A stretch of 64,000 nucleotides of DNA from the NCBI RefSeq assembly GCF_029227915.1, contig NC_079887.1:16224214-16288213 (forward strand), in the 5' to 3' direction. A program made the position numbers and the translations under genes. Within the stretch, counting starts at the first letter, position 1. Each line of letters begins with the position of its first letter. The stretch is from Hydractinia symbiolongicarpus. Its lineage: Eukaryota. The notes beneath the pieces were generated by a model, which saw nothing but the letters and a program-made list of their open reading frames with translations, was not told the DNA's origin and ran no database searches. Shown one piece after another: positions 12,112-48,721 of the stretch.

Positions 12112-15100
12112 GCCCGGTCGGGAAAATTTAACCCCGCGAGCGCTAAATCACTCACGTAAATTAGTCTGGGTGAGCGATCCACGTGCGATCACAAAAGCTC
12201 GTGCAAATTAATTTGCGTGAGTGGTCGAAAAGTTTAAAATATGTTATTTCTTGTTTAAATGCCTATTTTAGTGTTAGTCCCTTTCCTCGTTGTTTTATTG
12301 TGTTGCACAACGAAAAATGTGTGTTCTTTTTACCGCCATATTAAATATGTTTACTTATGATTTCAGTGTAATAAAAGTTGGCACGGCAAACTATAATTAC
12401 CAAGGCAGATGGGAAAATAATGGGAATTTCCAGAAGACTAAAAGGAGGGATAATGTTAACAAGACTTGAGTCATTTAAAACAATATTTTTGTTCATGTTC
12501 AAGGTCTACTCTGAATCAGAAAATACAACAACGCTGCTGTCATCATCGTCACTGTTGCTGTCTTCGTTATCTGACGACGAAATCGTGGTTACGTCTAACG
12601 AGCTAGAGCAGGACTTCTTATGTGGTGGTTCCCATGTTATGCATTTCTTTTTGCGCCGCTTTTCGAGGTATTTTATTACGGCCATTTCTGTAATCTCCTC
12701 TCTTTCTTTTTCTGTCCAAATCTTGTTATTCAAATTGATGCACAAAAGATTCTCCATGGTGACGTGGCTCATAGTTAACCTCCTATTGGATAAAAGAAGT
12801 GTGAGTAGGCTAAATGCTCTCTCCACCGTAGAGTTTGATGCTGAAAGGCACAAAACTAACTCAGCCAACATGCACAAGTTTGGAAACTCAGTACGTTTGA
12901 AGGTTAGCACTGTTTTCCAAACACTTAATGGCTCTTCCCCAGAATGGTTGGCTTTTACAAAGCTTCTTAAAGAACGCCATTCACAAAGAGCCACAACTTC
13001 ATCATACCCATTAAAATCCAAGGGCTGCTTAAAATGGAAATACATTTCTTTTATTTTATCAAACCCAAAAGATTTATCGTCGGTAGGCCACCTCCTACAA
13101 TCAAACCATATCATCGACTTTAAAACTGGCTCCTGAAAATCGGCGAATTTCGCTTCCAGTAATTCTTTTAACGAATTGCAGACATCTTTTTTCTTGCCAA
13201 TGGCGGAATTTACGGAATCTTCATTGAGATATGTAAAATTTTTCAATTCAATGGTGATGCGTTGCTTGTTGGCATTTTCTTTGTGACTGTCGTCACCCTT
13301 GTAAAAGGAGGATTTAAGCTGACCGTCTTCCATACGAAAAGATGCTAGATGGCTCACAAGCATCTCTTCATCCATGTCCGCGTGTATCGTGTCGGTAAGA
13401 TTGTTTAGCGTTTCTTCTATGGCTGGCCAAGCATCATAAGCCATTAAGTGCTCTGCTTCAAATATTTTGGAAGCTGGTGTTATGATCTCCAATACGTCTG
13501 CATATGTACAGACTAGACATAAAAACTGATATGAATTAATTTTTTTTAGATATCCTTGAACAGTGGCTCGTGTTTCTGCTCTAGTTTTCGGGTCAGCAAC
13601 AACATTTTCATAAGCTACTTGAATAGCTGGCCAAATCGCAAGCAACTTCTTGTATGCAGCACGTCTATGACCAATGAATCGAGTACCAGTTAATTTGCTT
13701 AGTGTGTGATGCTGGATGTTTAAAGCATGGCAGGCTGCCTTAATCTCAGTTTTGATTTTCCTGGAGTTTTTCAACAAATTGAAGTTACTGATGTAGAATT
13801 CATCAACTTGCTGAAACGCTGTTGTTTTAAATGCGTCCTTCACTGCCAGTTCAACGCGATGGTTTGAGCAGTGAATTTTGACTAGCCAAGGTCTTGTTTC
13901 AGAAAGTCTTGTCATAAGACCCGACTTTCGGCCAAAATTGACGCTGGCGCCGTCTGAAGTGCAACCAATCATTTTCAGGCGATAATCTTCTGGCTTGAAC
14001 GGAATGAATCCCTCTTGGTTAAAAATGCCGTCTATACCATTGCGAAGAGACTCCGCATCAGTGCCACCGTACTCGCTCATTTCCAAGAGTGACGCGACAA
14101 AATACACTGGTAGGCCTAAAATACAGAAAAGAAATAATTGTAATAATTTTTGTTTGACTTTCGAATAACGTAACTATTGCAAAATGTTCTTACCATTGCG
14201 AGTTGTTCGTGTTCGCACCATTTTTTTATCACTACCTGTCTTCCGCGCCTGTGATCCGTCGGTCAAAACTGACATAAAATGTGCACTAGCAAGGAAGATA
14301 GCAACCTTTTCTCGAACTGCCTCCGCAATATAACTAATGAATTCTCTTGCACTTTTTCGATCAGAATGCCCTAAAGTAATAAAAATTATTAAAATAAAGT
14401 ACAAAAATGTAAGAGCAACCTCGCCCCAGATCCCTCATTCATAAGCAAAAAGTTTAAGTACCTTCAATTAAACGAACGCCATTAATTTTCTGCACTTTCA
14501 CCAACGTTGTAAATTGATTTAATGGTAGGGTAGGATTCATCGCCAATTCGTAAGCAGTTCGAAACAACTTTAAGTATCCGTCTTTTGTGCGTCATATCGT
14601 CAATTCCTTTTTGCGAAGATCCTTGAACTAAAATAGGTATACCATCGCCACCTTTCCCTCATTCTAATTCCAAAGCCATTTTATGGCCAGCACCATCATT
14701 CAAGTGACGCATAACCTGCATAAAATTAAAATTATAACATACAAGAAACAAACAGTCGTCGATTTTATATGGGACATATGATACCTGAAACTTAGTAACA
14801 GAGTTTGTGCCGGCAATAAATGTCTTTACACTACCCTTTAGTCTTGATGCAAGTTCAGTTTTATAGCGAGCACAAATTTTGCACCACACGAAATTCACCA
14901 TAGTTTTGCCGTCAGCCTCTTTAGTTTTATAACCAATAATGTCCTCTTTACCCCATTTTTTAAATGTAGAAATCTCAACCATATTTCCGACATTTTTTTT
15001 TAAACTCATTTTTGCCGAAAAGACGTGTCCTTCTTCTATTCAATAAAATAGGATATTATAAAAGTGAATGTATAACACATGGCCTAAACAGTTTCACCTG

Positions 15101-15794
15101 TTCCCACTGGAGTAAAAAATTTGAAAGGGACAGCTAAAACAACTTTAACACCTTCATAAAAAATTGAAAGAGTGTTACATTTTTAAAACATAAAAAAATC
15201 TGATCTTTTGATTTGTGCCGAAACATTTTTAACGATCGAAACCAAAAGTAGAAAAAAAGAAGTATCGCATGGATAAAAAAAATATGAATAATATTTTATC
15301 AAGTGAAGGTATATCAACTTAAAAATTATACGAACCTCTCTACTTAAAAACGTCTTTTTCGAACTTTTTATATATTATTAGTAATCTAAAAAAATTAAAA
15401 AGAACGGAAAGATATAAAAGAGTATGGGGACGAAATTGGCTCAGCAAAATATTTAGTTTCGATTCACAGGTACCGTCGATCATATGAATGAAACTTTGAT
15501 GTCATTACAAGAAAAAGTTAATTTATTTGTAGCAAACAACGCACCTGTTTTTTACAACTAATAAGAAAGTTTTATGTCCCACATGCACGTGCTTGATCTG
15601 TAAAATAAAACTAAAAATAATCCAGCCACCGCTGATTAAAGATATCAACAAAAAGTACACTCGCTACACGTTGCATTACGTCTTTAAAAAATCTTTGATA
15701 AAGTAGTCTTACGCGAGCGATAAATCGCACGCGTAAATTTTTTGGCGCGTGTATGGGCATGTGCGCGTGCGATCGCACGCGTCTCCTGACCAGG
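12112..15794 (-). mobile_element. hAT-superfamily DNA transposon (approximately 3.7 kb) with decayed transposase gene
   Basis: TIRs 'AGGCCCGGTCGGG' (12112) and 'CCTGACCAGGCCT' (15794). Flanking 8-bp TSD aTAATTAC / gTAATTAC. Subterminal CGTGCGAT/CGCACGCG motifs. Minus-strand ORFs encode the hAT transposase. Confidence 0.7.
12506..15009 (-). pseudogene. hAT transposase (ZBED/FAM200-like, BED-less), interrupted ORFs
   Basis: 533-aa ORF 12506-14107 with hAT dimerisation domain '..CMLAELVLCLSASNSTVERAFSLLTLLLSNRRL'. 14174-14404 has 'SVLTDGSQARKTGSDKKMV'. N-terminal piece is 14659-15009. Pieces are out of frame or separated (introns or decay). Confidence 0.65.
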
Positions 15795-15959
15795 CCTGTA
15801 ATTACCAGAACTTACAGTACAGTCCAGATGTAAGCGTACGCGTACGCTTAAGTTTCACACCTTTTTCTCAGAGGCAGAAGTTGTTTGTCTTTTGTTCTTA
15901 TTAATTATCTTGCGAGTCTTGGAAGTCGTTAACTTGCGCGTAATAAGGGATCGTCTCCG

Positions 15960-16290
15960 AGATCGTTTCAAAAAAAATCGTTTCAAATCGTTTCATTTTT
16001 TAATTAGCATAGCATGTGATACGAATTTGAAACGATTTTAAAGTGATGTTTAATTTTTTAAAATCGTTTCAGATCGTATGGAAATCGTTTCACTATTTTG
16101 TAAATCGTTTCATTAAAAAATAAAATCGTTTCATAATCGTTTCATAATCGTTTCATGATTGTTTTATTATATTCTTGAAATCGTTTCACATAACCATAAT
16201 TCGTTTCAAAATCGTATCATTATGATCGTTTCAGTATATTTATTTTAGATCGTTTCAAAATCGTTTCAAGGTGTTTGTTTTACATTCTGT
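15960..16290. repeat. Subterminal array of about 10-bp AATCGTTTCA repeats (mirror array at 18190-18500)
   Basis: More than 20 copies of (A)ATCGTTTCA/TGAAACGAT in both subterminal regions of the Harbinger-like element. Confidence 0.75.
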
Positions 16291-16539
16291 TAACATAAAA
16301 GAAATTATTAATCTAATAAAGGTCTCTCCATAAAACCTACGCGCTGTCACATAGGTAAATTTCTACATCGTAAAAAAATCGCGTATATAAAAACATTATT
16401 TATAAAGATTTGCTTTCGGAAATTGTTTCAGCATATTTATTTGAGATCGTTTCAGGATGTTTGATTTAAATTTTTTTTTACATAAGAAGAATAAAAGCAA
16501 TAATTATTAATAGAACTCATTACGTTAGGGCATCATTAG

Positions 16540-16760
16540 GTTGTATATCGCAGAAGTCGCCGGTGACATGCTTCGAAAATGCTTGTCACCGGCACAGTTT
16601 AACATGAAGCAAAACTGTACAGGAGACTCAATTGTTAGAGTCTTCGCAGAACATCTCTTCTCACAAAACCGAGGGCAGGGCTGACTTATTGCCTGCTGTG
16701 TCGTGTGGGAGAAAGAACTTCTGGACTTCTTTTCTAATATGATATACAATTTTTTCGATT
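16540..16760 (+). repeat. About 225-bp dispersed repeat with internal 16-bp-stem hairpin, copy 1 (inside the Harbinger-like element)
   Basis: 'CATCATTAGGTTGTATATCGC..CGCCGGTGACATGCTTCGAAAATGCTTGTCACCGGC..GAGGGCAGGGCTGACTTATTGCCTGC..' is the reverse complement of 54848-55075. Confidence 0.6.
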
Positions 16761-17376
16761 ATTATTACGAATCGAATGGTACCACAGTATTTCAGTAGCC
16801 CGAGTGATTTTAGTTAGTGATAATGGCTTAACTTACTAAAAATGATTTTTTTTCTCTGTAAACACCAGCTGTTCATTGACGTCATACCGATTGTGAGTAA
16901 AATTGTACCTGTTTCAAAACATGAAATTGTTTAATATGATTTAAGAATGCTGAACGTCGAGAGCGTTTCAAAACATGAAATTGTTTAATATGATTTAAGA
17001 ATGCTGAACGTCGAGAGCGTGTTTACGTTTTTCGGGGGCACTTGCTTATGAAAAACTTTTTTAACTATCGCTAATATAACGACGTGGGAGAAAAGAAAGA
17101 GAATAAATTTTTGCTGAAATATCATAACAAACACTATTTACACACTTTTTATAAAAACATATACAAAAATAACGGTATGTTAATGATTTTATTCGTTCAT
17201 TACGTTGTTTTCTTTTTCTTCCAACATTTTTTTGACAACAACCCTTCTTTTTATTTGTCTACATTTTGAATTAACAAGTTCGTTTATATTTGTAATGGTT
17301 TCAAAATCGTCTTTAAAATTTTTTCTAGCCAGTGAAAGTATTGTTTTTAGTCGATTTGGAGAGAGGGCTGTTTTCT

Positions 17377-17820
17377 TTATGACTTCTCCATCATAAGTTC
17401 TTTTCCCTCCCTCCACGCTGCCATGCGCCAATTCTGGTTCACTTTGCTCACTTGCGCGCTTGTATAATGGAAATCTGGATGAAGCCTTTTTTCCATTGTG
17501 TTCCGTTTTGGCGGAACACGAGCATCTACCAAGTTTTTAAATCTCCTGCTCGAAGTTGTTTTTCGAAGTGGCGGTACCATCAGTCTATGGATGGTATTTC
17601 TACTTACGGTGATACCCAGTGTACTTTTTACATGACGAACAATGTCCTGTAAAGTTACGCCATTTGTATACATAGTATCGCTTCGACGTCGAAGATGTGC
17701 TCCAGCTGAGCTTTGTTCGACATAATTTCTTATGCATGGAACAAGATCGTGGTGATTTATATGCGTGGAACGATTTTTATCTTTGCTTGTCATTTCTAAA
17801 AACAAAAGAAAAAGCTGCAT
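17377..17820 (-). pseudogene. Remnant of Harbinger DDE transposase N-terminus (HTH region)
   Basis: 'TMYTNGVTLQDIVRHVKSTLGITVSRNTIHRLM' matches HARBI1 '[28 protein letters not shown]'. No DDE catalytic core follows. Confidence 0.4.
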
Positions 17821-19771
17821 AAAAAATTAAAAAAAGGCACACCATTTCTCTTCGCGTTATCAAGATTTCTAAAAGAAAGTCTGAATAAAAAAACAAGAAC
17901 AAAACGGTGCCGCGTACTGAATTTAAAATAAATCCAAACCTCGATAAAGTTGTTCAACTTTCTCTTCGTCACTATGTTCCGTTTCCGAATCACTGTCGAA
18001 CATCCAGTCACTATCGTCAGTTTCATAAGTTTCTGAAATATTTTCCATTTTAAAGGAAATTGTTAGTTTTAAGAAAAACTGTTTATTTTTAGTTTTGAAA
18101 AACTGTTTTACGATATTTACGATAAAAGATGTTGTTGATGATATCGATGTTGTGTTGATTAAAAGAAAGAGAAACAATAATTTTACATTTATAAGTTTAA
18201 TTGGTTTTTAATTAGTTCGACATCGTTTCAAAATTCGTTTCAATAACTTCGAAGACTTTTACATCGTATCACAAATAATATTTTGACAATCGTATCAAAT
18301 CGTTTCAGAATTTTTTCTAATCGTTTCAAAATAGTTTCAAAATCGTTTCACAATCGTTTCACAATCGTTTCATTTTTAACAAAATCGTTTCGCAAATAAA
18401 ATATGAAACATTTAATTCGTTTCATGATACGATTATGAAATGATGTAAAAAAATTATTGAAACGATTTCCATCGTATGGAAATCGTTTCAATTCGTATCA
18501 AAACTGAAACGATCTTGGAGACGATCCCTAAACAAAAGATTATTGAAGAAAAAATAGCTTATTATAACTGCGCATAACTATTGTTAAATAGTGTTAACAT
18601 AACTATTCCCAATAGCATAATTGCAAATGTTATCAACTCTATCAATTGACACAAAGAGCCATTATTTAATAAGTTTATTAAATAAAAGTTTTGCGTGGAA
18701 ACTAAATAACCTAGTGAGAAGGCATTGTTGTTTGCGCTGGTTAAATAAAGCTTTTAAGCGATAGAAATTATTATATTTTAACAAAGATTGAAACTTTAAT
18801 TCTGATAGAAAAGCTTTTTTAGATCGCGTTTTAGAAGTTTAAGAACGAAAAGCAGAGTATTGTTTATAAACAATGTTTCTTGCTATGCTTTTGTTTTTAA
18901 CACGAAGCAATAATTTTCGCGCAATTTGAAAGGAACTTGCTATCCTATTGTTTTTTTGAATAAAAGCAATTATTTTTGCAAGTTGAGTGTACGCGTATGC
19001 TACATCTTAACTGTACTGTAAGAAAACCTGGTATCTTTGAAATTAAAGTTTTTTGAAGAAATCAGTGCTATTTGTAACACATGTTTTTGTTTTCTCCTTA
19101 ATTATCCTTATTTTTTTATTTCTTTATTCCCGTTCGCAGCAAAATATCCTTAAAGAATGTCAATTTGTCTCCTTAATTCTCCTTAATATCCTAACTTTTG
19201 TTCTCATTTTATTAGTGGTCACCCTGGTGAAGACAGCTTCGCCTCGCTAGCCGTCTTACTTTTTGATTATTTTCCTTTGTTCAAACAGTTAGTCGTTTCC
19301 TTATGTAGACAGTATCAGATCTAGACAATTAGAATACCTAAATTTTCAGAATTTCTCCTTGCTCTAAATTTAATTATCTCCATAGTGCTTCAACTATATC
19401 TTCAACTATCACAATAAGCATTCTCCCCCTGTTGGTTTTTTTTTTGCTTATGATATGCAATAATCCCTGTCGTGGTAATAAAAAAAGAAAAAGCGTGATA
19501 TGCATTAATTATCATAATTATTAACCACAAGACAATGTTGTGATTTCTTGTTTTGTTTCGTTTTGTTTTGCCTGGTCTCCAAAAACATTGCCGAATAGAA
19601 TGAAGAGAAAATTATTTTTTTCTTCTGTGTCTTTCCAATAGAAACTCTGGGATAAAATTTCTTTCCATTTTTTGATGCCATGTTTTACAAAGAAAAAACA
19701 AGCCAAAGAGAACAGCATAAACAGAGCGTATCATAATGGCCGTATTCTCGAACTCTATCTTAGTGCTTATT

Positions 19772-20215
19772 TAAAGGTTACCTCCCACGGAAAATTGTTG
19801 AGCTCATATGAAAGTTCTTTGAAAGTTCTCTAGAAATCTTTTTATTTTTTTGAAAAAATCTTTATTCGTTCTCAAGTTGTCTTAAAAGTTGCGCTAATTA
19901 TGCAAAATAATGACGTCATGAGTATGCATTGAGGATAATTATGGTAACTAAATAATAAAATTTATATAAAATGTTTAAAACCCATCAAAGTAAACAGCCA
20001 GAAAACATTTTTAACTCTATATGGCTTGTAAAAAATGTTAAATTACCCCCCTTGCAAAGCATACTCATGACATTATGCATAATTAGTGAATTTTCTTAAT
20101 CCAAATTCTAAAGAACCAATCAAGAATTTCAAAAAAATATTTAAATTCCTAGACAACCTTTCTAGCTCTTTCATATGCATTTACCTTTATTTTTCGCGGG
20201 AGATAACCTTTAAAG
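19772..20215. mobile_element. Palindromic (foldback) MITE, about 440 bp, 330 bp upstream of the dom start codon
   Basis: Left arm 19772-19925 is the reverse complement of right arm 20045-20215 ('AAAGGTTACCTCCCACGGAAAA' versus 'TTTTCGCGGGAGATAACCTTT'). Flanked by TTTAAA on both sides (TTAA-type TSD?). Confidence 0.55.
19911..19918. promoter_or_regulatory. Perfect CRE/ATF palindrome TGACGTCA inside the upstream foldback MITE
   Basis: Seen in sequence, about 625 bp upstream of the dom ATG. Functional relevance not established. Confidence 0.25.
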
Positions 20216-20542
20216 TTAAGGCTGTTTGTTTACCAACAGTTTTACATGAACATTTTGTGATGGCCCGCTTATTAGACAAGAATAAGAGATCAACAAGATC
20301 GTTATGAATGCTATCAATTAACTACAGTGTTATAATAAGTTTGGAAACTGTGATGAGATTTATTTGCAGACACTAAGAATGTTAATTGGAAAAGACTAAA
20401 TTAGCACCACCATGTGTCGTTTCGCATAATTCTGCAAATGGAATTGTTAAAAGTTAATAAAAACAAGGTGTGTTAGAGATTTGTCTAGAGCACTGTATAA
20501 TCAACTATCCTAATTTCTTTTAGAATCACTCAAATATAAAGA

Positions 20543-44977
<24,435 letters not shown>

Positions 44978-45017
44978 ACATTTTATTTCTTTTAATTCTA
45001 TATCACCATAAATTTTA

Positions 45018-45023
45018 AATAAA
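45018..45023 (+). promoter_or_regulatory. Polyadenylation signal AATAAA for the dom long isoform
   Basis: AATAAA 41 nt after the stop codon. Confidence 0.5.
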
Positions 45024-45937
45024 GTATTGATATATTAATCGCCCGTTGCCTATGCTAATTTAGTGTGAAAGTGAATGTCGTAGTGTTGTATAATTGGAAT
45101 ATAATTTATTGCTTTACCAATCTTTGTTGCTTTTGTTTTTGTTTGTTTTTTAACTAAATCGATTTATGTCTTTCTACTAGCCAGAAAAGAGTTCTAAGGC
45201 AGTTCAGCTTGCGAATAATACTTGCGAATTTTATTAATTGAACGCTTTCCATTTGGAGATCTTGTTATTTGGCTTCGGGGAAACAGAAAAAACAACCACG
45301 TGTATAACTTGACATAAGTCGATGTGACAGGAAAAACTAAGTCAGTTTTTATTTTCAAATTTTTCGTTTGTAAAGAACAAGCCCCTGATTTGACTTGCAT
45401 TAATCTCTTGTTGTCGTTTTCATGAAAGTCCTTATCAAAAGCGTGATTTTTTTAAGCCACTTCGTCTTAGGCTTCTTTTGCAAATACGTTAGCGACCTTC
45501 GAGAAATGTAAGGACCGCCGTCATGGGACTGCGAATTCGCTGGCAAAATGTATCTCAGCATGCGCAGTTTTGTTTGTTTCGATTTTGCTTCCAAAAATTT
45601 GCTTCACCGTACACATTTAAGTAGAAACGTGCCTTAAGAAAAATCAAATATTTTCTTGAACCTTTTTTTCAAATTTCCAAAAGTTTTGATCCAGTTTGCA
45701 ACTTAATATTAATCCAATAAAAAAAAGCCCAGGAAGCGAGTATTAAAAGGCGATTATTTCCCGGCGATCAATCTGTGATCGGGAAACTCCCAAAATAATG
45801 ATATGCAAACTCTCCTGTAGGGAAAATAAAATTTCATAGCTCTATTGTAACTTTTGTCGATTAGTCAGCAATCTCGTCCCCAGGCCTTTCCTACGCCTAT
45901 GATATCCTGTTATCATACTATCATAGGCATGGAATTA

Positions 45938-46140
45938 TTGGCGCGTGGCCTTGTGGTTATGGAGTTCGCTTCGTAATCACAAGATCCGTGGTTCGGTCCA
46001 CAGCGCAGGCATGTTTAGCAAGTGTCTTTACCACAGCCCTACTAGCCATGATGGAGCCTTCTGATGGGAAGCGCGTTTCGCAGAAAAGAGCGGAAATGTA
46101 GTTTCTTTTGTGTTCCGAAAAATATGTAATAATAAGTCCT
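45938..46140 (+). mobile_element. Possible tRNA-derived SINE-like element in the dom-DUSP11 intergenic region
   Basis: tRNA-like head 'GGCGCGTGGCCTTGTGGTTATGG..ATCCGTGGTTCGGTCCACAG' (D-arm-like and T-arm-like boxes). Weak. Confidence 0.3.
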
Positions 46141-46550
46141 GTCGCATGCGCCATGAACCGGTTTAAAGAGGAAGTTTGTGTCAAAAGTCGACAACAAGCA
46201 GTAATATCTTTCTGTGATGCTGGCTTTGTGTGAAAGAATGCCTTATTTCAAATCTCCGCACCGGGTTTGAAACAACAACCCGGAATAGAAAAAATGACAA
46301 ATACTTGTCAATCAAAGACCTGAGAAAGTGTACGTTTTTAAACATTACAAAAGTTACTCTTCGTCGCCATATTCACTGCGTGAAAATAAATCGCGAATAT
46401 CGCTTTCGTTTTTGCTTTTCGTGAGAAATTTGTCTCGGTTTGCCTCGATTAAAAAACATAACCCAAACAAGTTGCTTTTCCGAAGAGGCGGGAGCGTTTT
46501 CAGATCACTATTCTGTATTCTAGTATTTTCCTACTCAATCATCAGTTAAA

Positions 46551-47123
46551 ATGCCAAGAAATAAGAATAAAGCTCGAATACCTTCAGCCTGGAAGAAGTA
46601 TTCAATATCTGGTAAACCTATTGGTAACACTCAAATTATTTGTATCAAAACGCCTGTTACGATAAAGCACTTAACACCAGAAGAACTCTTGTCGTATATA
46701 AGCAAAGCTCATGGTTGTAAACTTGGCCTTATTATAGATCTAACTGACACAAATAAATATTATAACCCTCAAGAATTTGTTGCTTTAAATATTGTCCATT
46801 ATAAGATCCAATGTAAAGGTATGCAGTTGCCTTCGGAAGATATCGTAGAACATTTTAATACCATTGTTTCTCGTTTTGTTAAGGAACACCATTATAGTAA
46901 AAAACATGTTGCAGTGCACTGCTTAACTGGTGTAAACAGGACAGGTTATTTAGTTTGTCGTTATCTCATGGATGTTTTAAAATGGGATGCTGTAAAAGCT
47001 ATTAATACTTTTCAAAATGCTCGTGGTCATAATTTAGAACATGAAAATCTAATAAATGCACTTATTCATCACAAGATTCCTCCTGACGAAAATTCAGAAA
47101 AGAAGAAATGTATTTTAATGTAG
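46551..47123 (+). CDS. DUSP11: DUSP11/PIR1-like RNA 5'-phosphatase (dual-specificity phosphatase fold), single exon, 190 aa
   Basis: Complete ORF with CX5R P-loop 'VHCLTGVNRTGYLVCRYLMDV'. Matches human DUSP11 '[22 protein letters not shown]', 'LGLIIDLTYTQRYYKP' and 'RGHCLERQNYIEDL'. Confidence 0.8.
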   Translation: MPRNKNKARIPSAWKKYSISGKPIGNTQIICIKTPVTIKHLTPEELLSYISKAHGCKLGLIIDLTDTNKYYNPQEFVALNIVHYKIQCKGMQLPSEDIVEHFNTIVSRFVKEHHYSKKHVAVHCLTGVNRTGYLVCRYLMDVLKWDAVKAINTFQNARGHNLEHENLINALIHHKIPPDENSEKKKCILM

Positions 47124-48449
47124 TTTGTAGCATAGTTTGTCAGTATTGATGATCTTATTATACTTGTGAGGGGTAATCAACAGTTTGGTTCTGTCTCCAC
47201 AAAGATTGCTAATATGGACTTTTTCATGAGGTATTTTAATGTATTACATTATTACATTATGATACAAAATAAAAAAATAGCATGTTTTTAGTGTGGGTGG
47301 GGGAGGGAATCACGAGTTTATTGTCCAATTTGCTTTTAATGGAGACAAAACCTAATTGTCTACGGCCCCAGTTTACTTGATTATTTTTAACCATATTAAT
47401 TTCTACTGTATTTTACTTAAAGTCCCAAATAGCTACTAATTTTTTTACAATTTTTTGACTATTAAAAAAATAGTGAATTTATTTGTTCACTGTTTAAGCT
47501 CTTTTGACATATAAGCAAAAACAAAGCTTGATACTGCTTACTGAAAGTAATGTTTTGAACATTATAAATCTCTGTATATGTGTGTAAATGGCCAAATAAT
47601 AAAGTCACTGAATCCCCTAAATTGTAGGATACTGCAATACACTGTTTCATAATAGTGACAGGTAATGTTGAAGAATAAAGCTCAACCTTTATGTGGCATT
47701 ATTGAGATTTTCAGCAATATAAACTTCAGCCACAGCATGGCTACTTTTTCTATAAAACAACATTTCTCTGATTGTAGTAGCCATACATTTTTTGTATAAA
47801 TATATAATTTTCCTGACTGATTATCCAGTGTGTGTTATGTTTTATTTTATAGAACTTTTATAAAATATTTTTTTGTTTCTAGTATGTGATGTATAGCTAA
47901 AGCATGATAAATAACAGTGATTAAGGTTTTTAGAAATATGAAGGTACATGGGCTATTCTCTGCTTCAATAATATTTTCGTGGGAAAGGAACACACCAAAA
48001 CAAACCACAAAGAAAATTTTCTGTAGGTAATTTCCTTTTATTTTAATGCACACTTTGCAGAAACTAATACATTGCGATGCAATTTGCACAAAATCACCTG
48101 CTTAGCTGATTAATTTCTACCTGTTGTCTACATACAGAACAAACAAAAGGTTGAAATGGGTCAGATTCAAGTAATTATTTTACAAGTGGTTATACCTATT
48201 TATTTCCTAAAACATTGTGAGGTTTCCTGAAAAGGTTTCCAACTTACTCACACAAGTTTGTGTATATCTTTAACATAATGAAAAGAGGTTGCCCTTACGA
48301 CTAAGAAAAATTTTTATATATTCATATAGACAAGGAGAATAGTTATTCTACTTGTCTATATGAATATAAAAAAAATTGATTTTTCTAAAGAAAATTAGTC
48401 AGGAAAAGGTTTATCTAAATTCGATACATGTTTTAGACTTTAGAAAAAA

Positions 48450-48721
48450 ATGATTGGTGCATACAAATTACTTATTCTAACTGGAATCTTTATTCATGTA
48501 CTGGGATGTGTATGCTTTTATTTTGGATTTCTACCTTCAAATGCTTCAGCTAGCAAAACTTTTAGTGACAGAAAACATGTGCATAATGTACCTGCAAAAT
48601 ATACTCATCTTGTTGTCATGGTAATTGATGCATTAAGAACTGATTTTGTTTTTGGTGAGGGAAGGTGGTCATCTTATATGGCATTCACAAGAAAGAAAAT
48701 ATTTCACAATAAAACTTACAG
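48450..48721 (+). CDS. PIGG: PIGG-like exon 1: start codon, signal/TM, DALR motif
   Basis: ATG 48450 ... TACAG|gtaaac. Exit phase 2. Confidence 0.75.

Larger units (their letters stand above)
15947..18528 (-). mobile_element. PIF/Harbinger-like element nested in MITE A copy 2
   Basis: TIRs GGGATCGTCTCCGAGATCGTTTC / GAAACGATCTTGGAGACGATCCC. 3-bp TSD TAA (15944-46 and 18529-31). Empty site 'cgcgtaataaacaaaag' preserved in copy 1 at about 9410. Subterminal arrays of AATCGTTTCA. Confidence 0.7.
15815..19018 (+). mobile_element. Tc1/mariner-like MITE family A, copy 2, carrying a nested Harbinger-like insertion
   Basis: TA|CAGTACAGTCCAGATGTAAGCGTACGCG ... (right TIR partly deleted) ...CTGTACTG|TA. 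Outer 640 bp match copy 1. Inserted 20 bp from the hAT right TIR. Confidence 0.75.

Noticed and set aside
12378-13136. 252-aa plus-strand ORF antisense to the hAT transposase
   Set aside because: It lies entirely within the transposase coding region on the opposite strand, is low-complexity (S/L-rich), and has no recognisable domain. Probably a chance antisense ORF.
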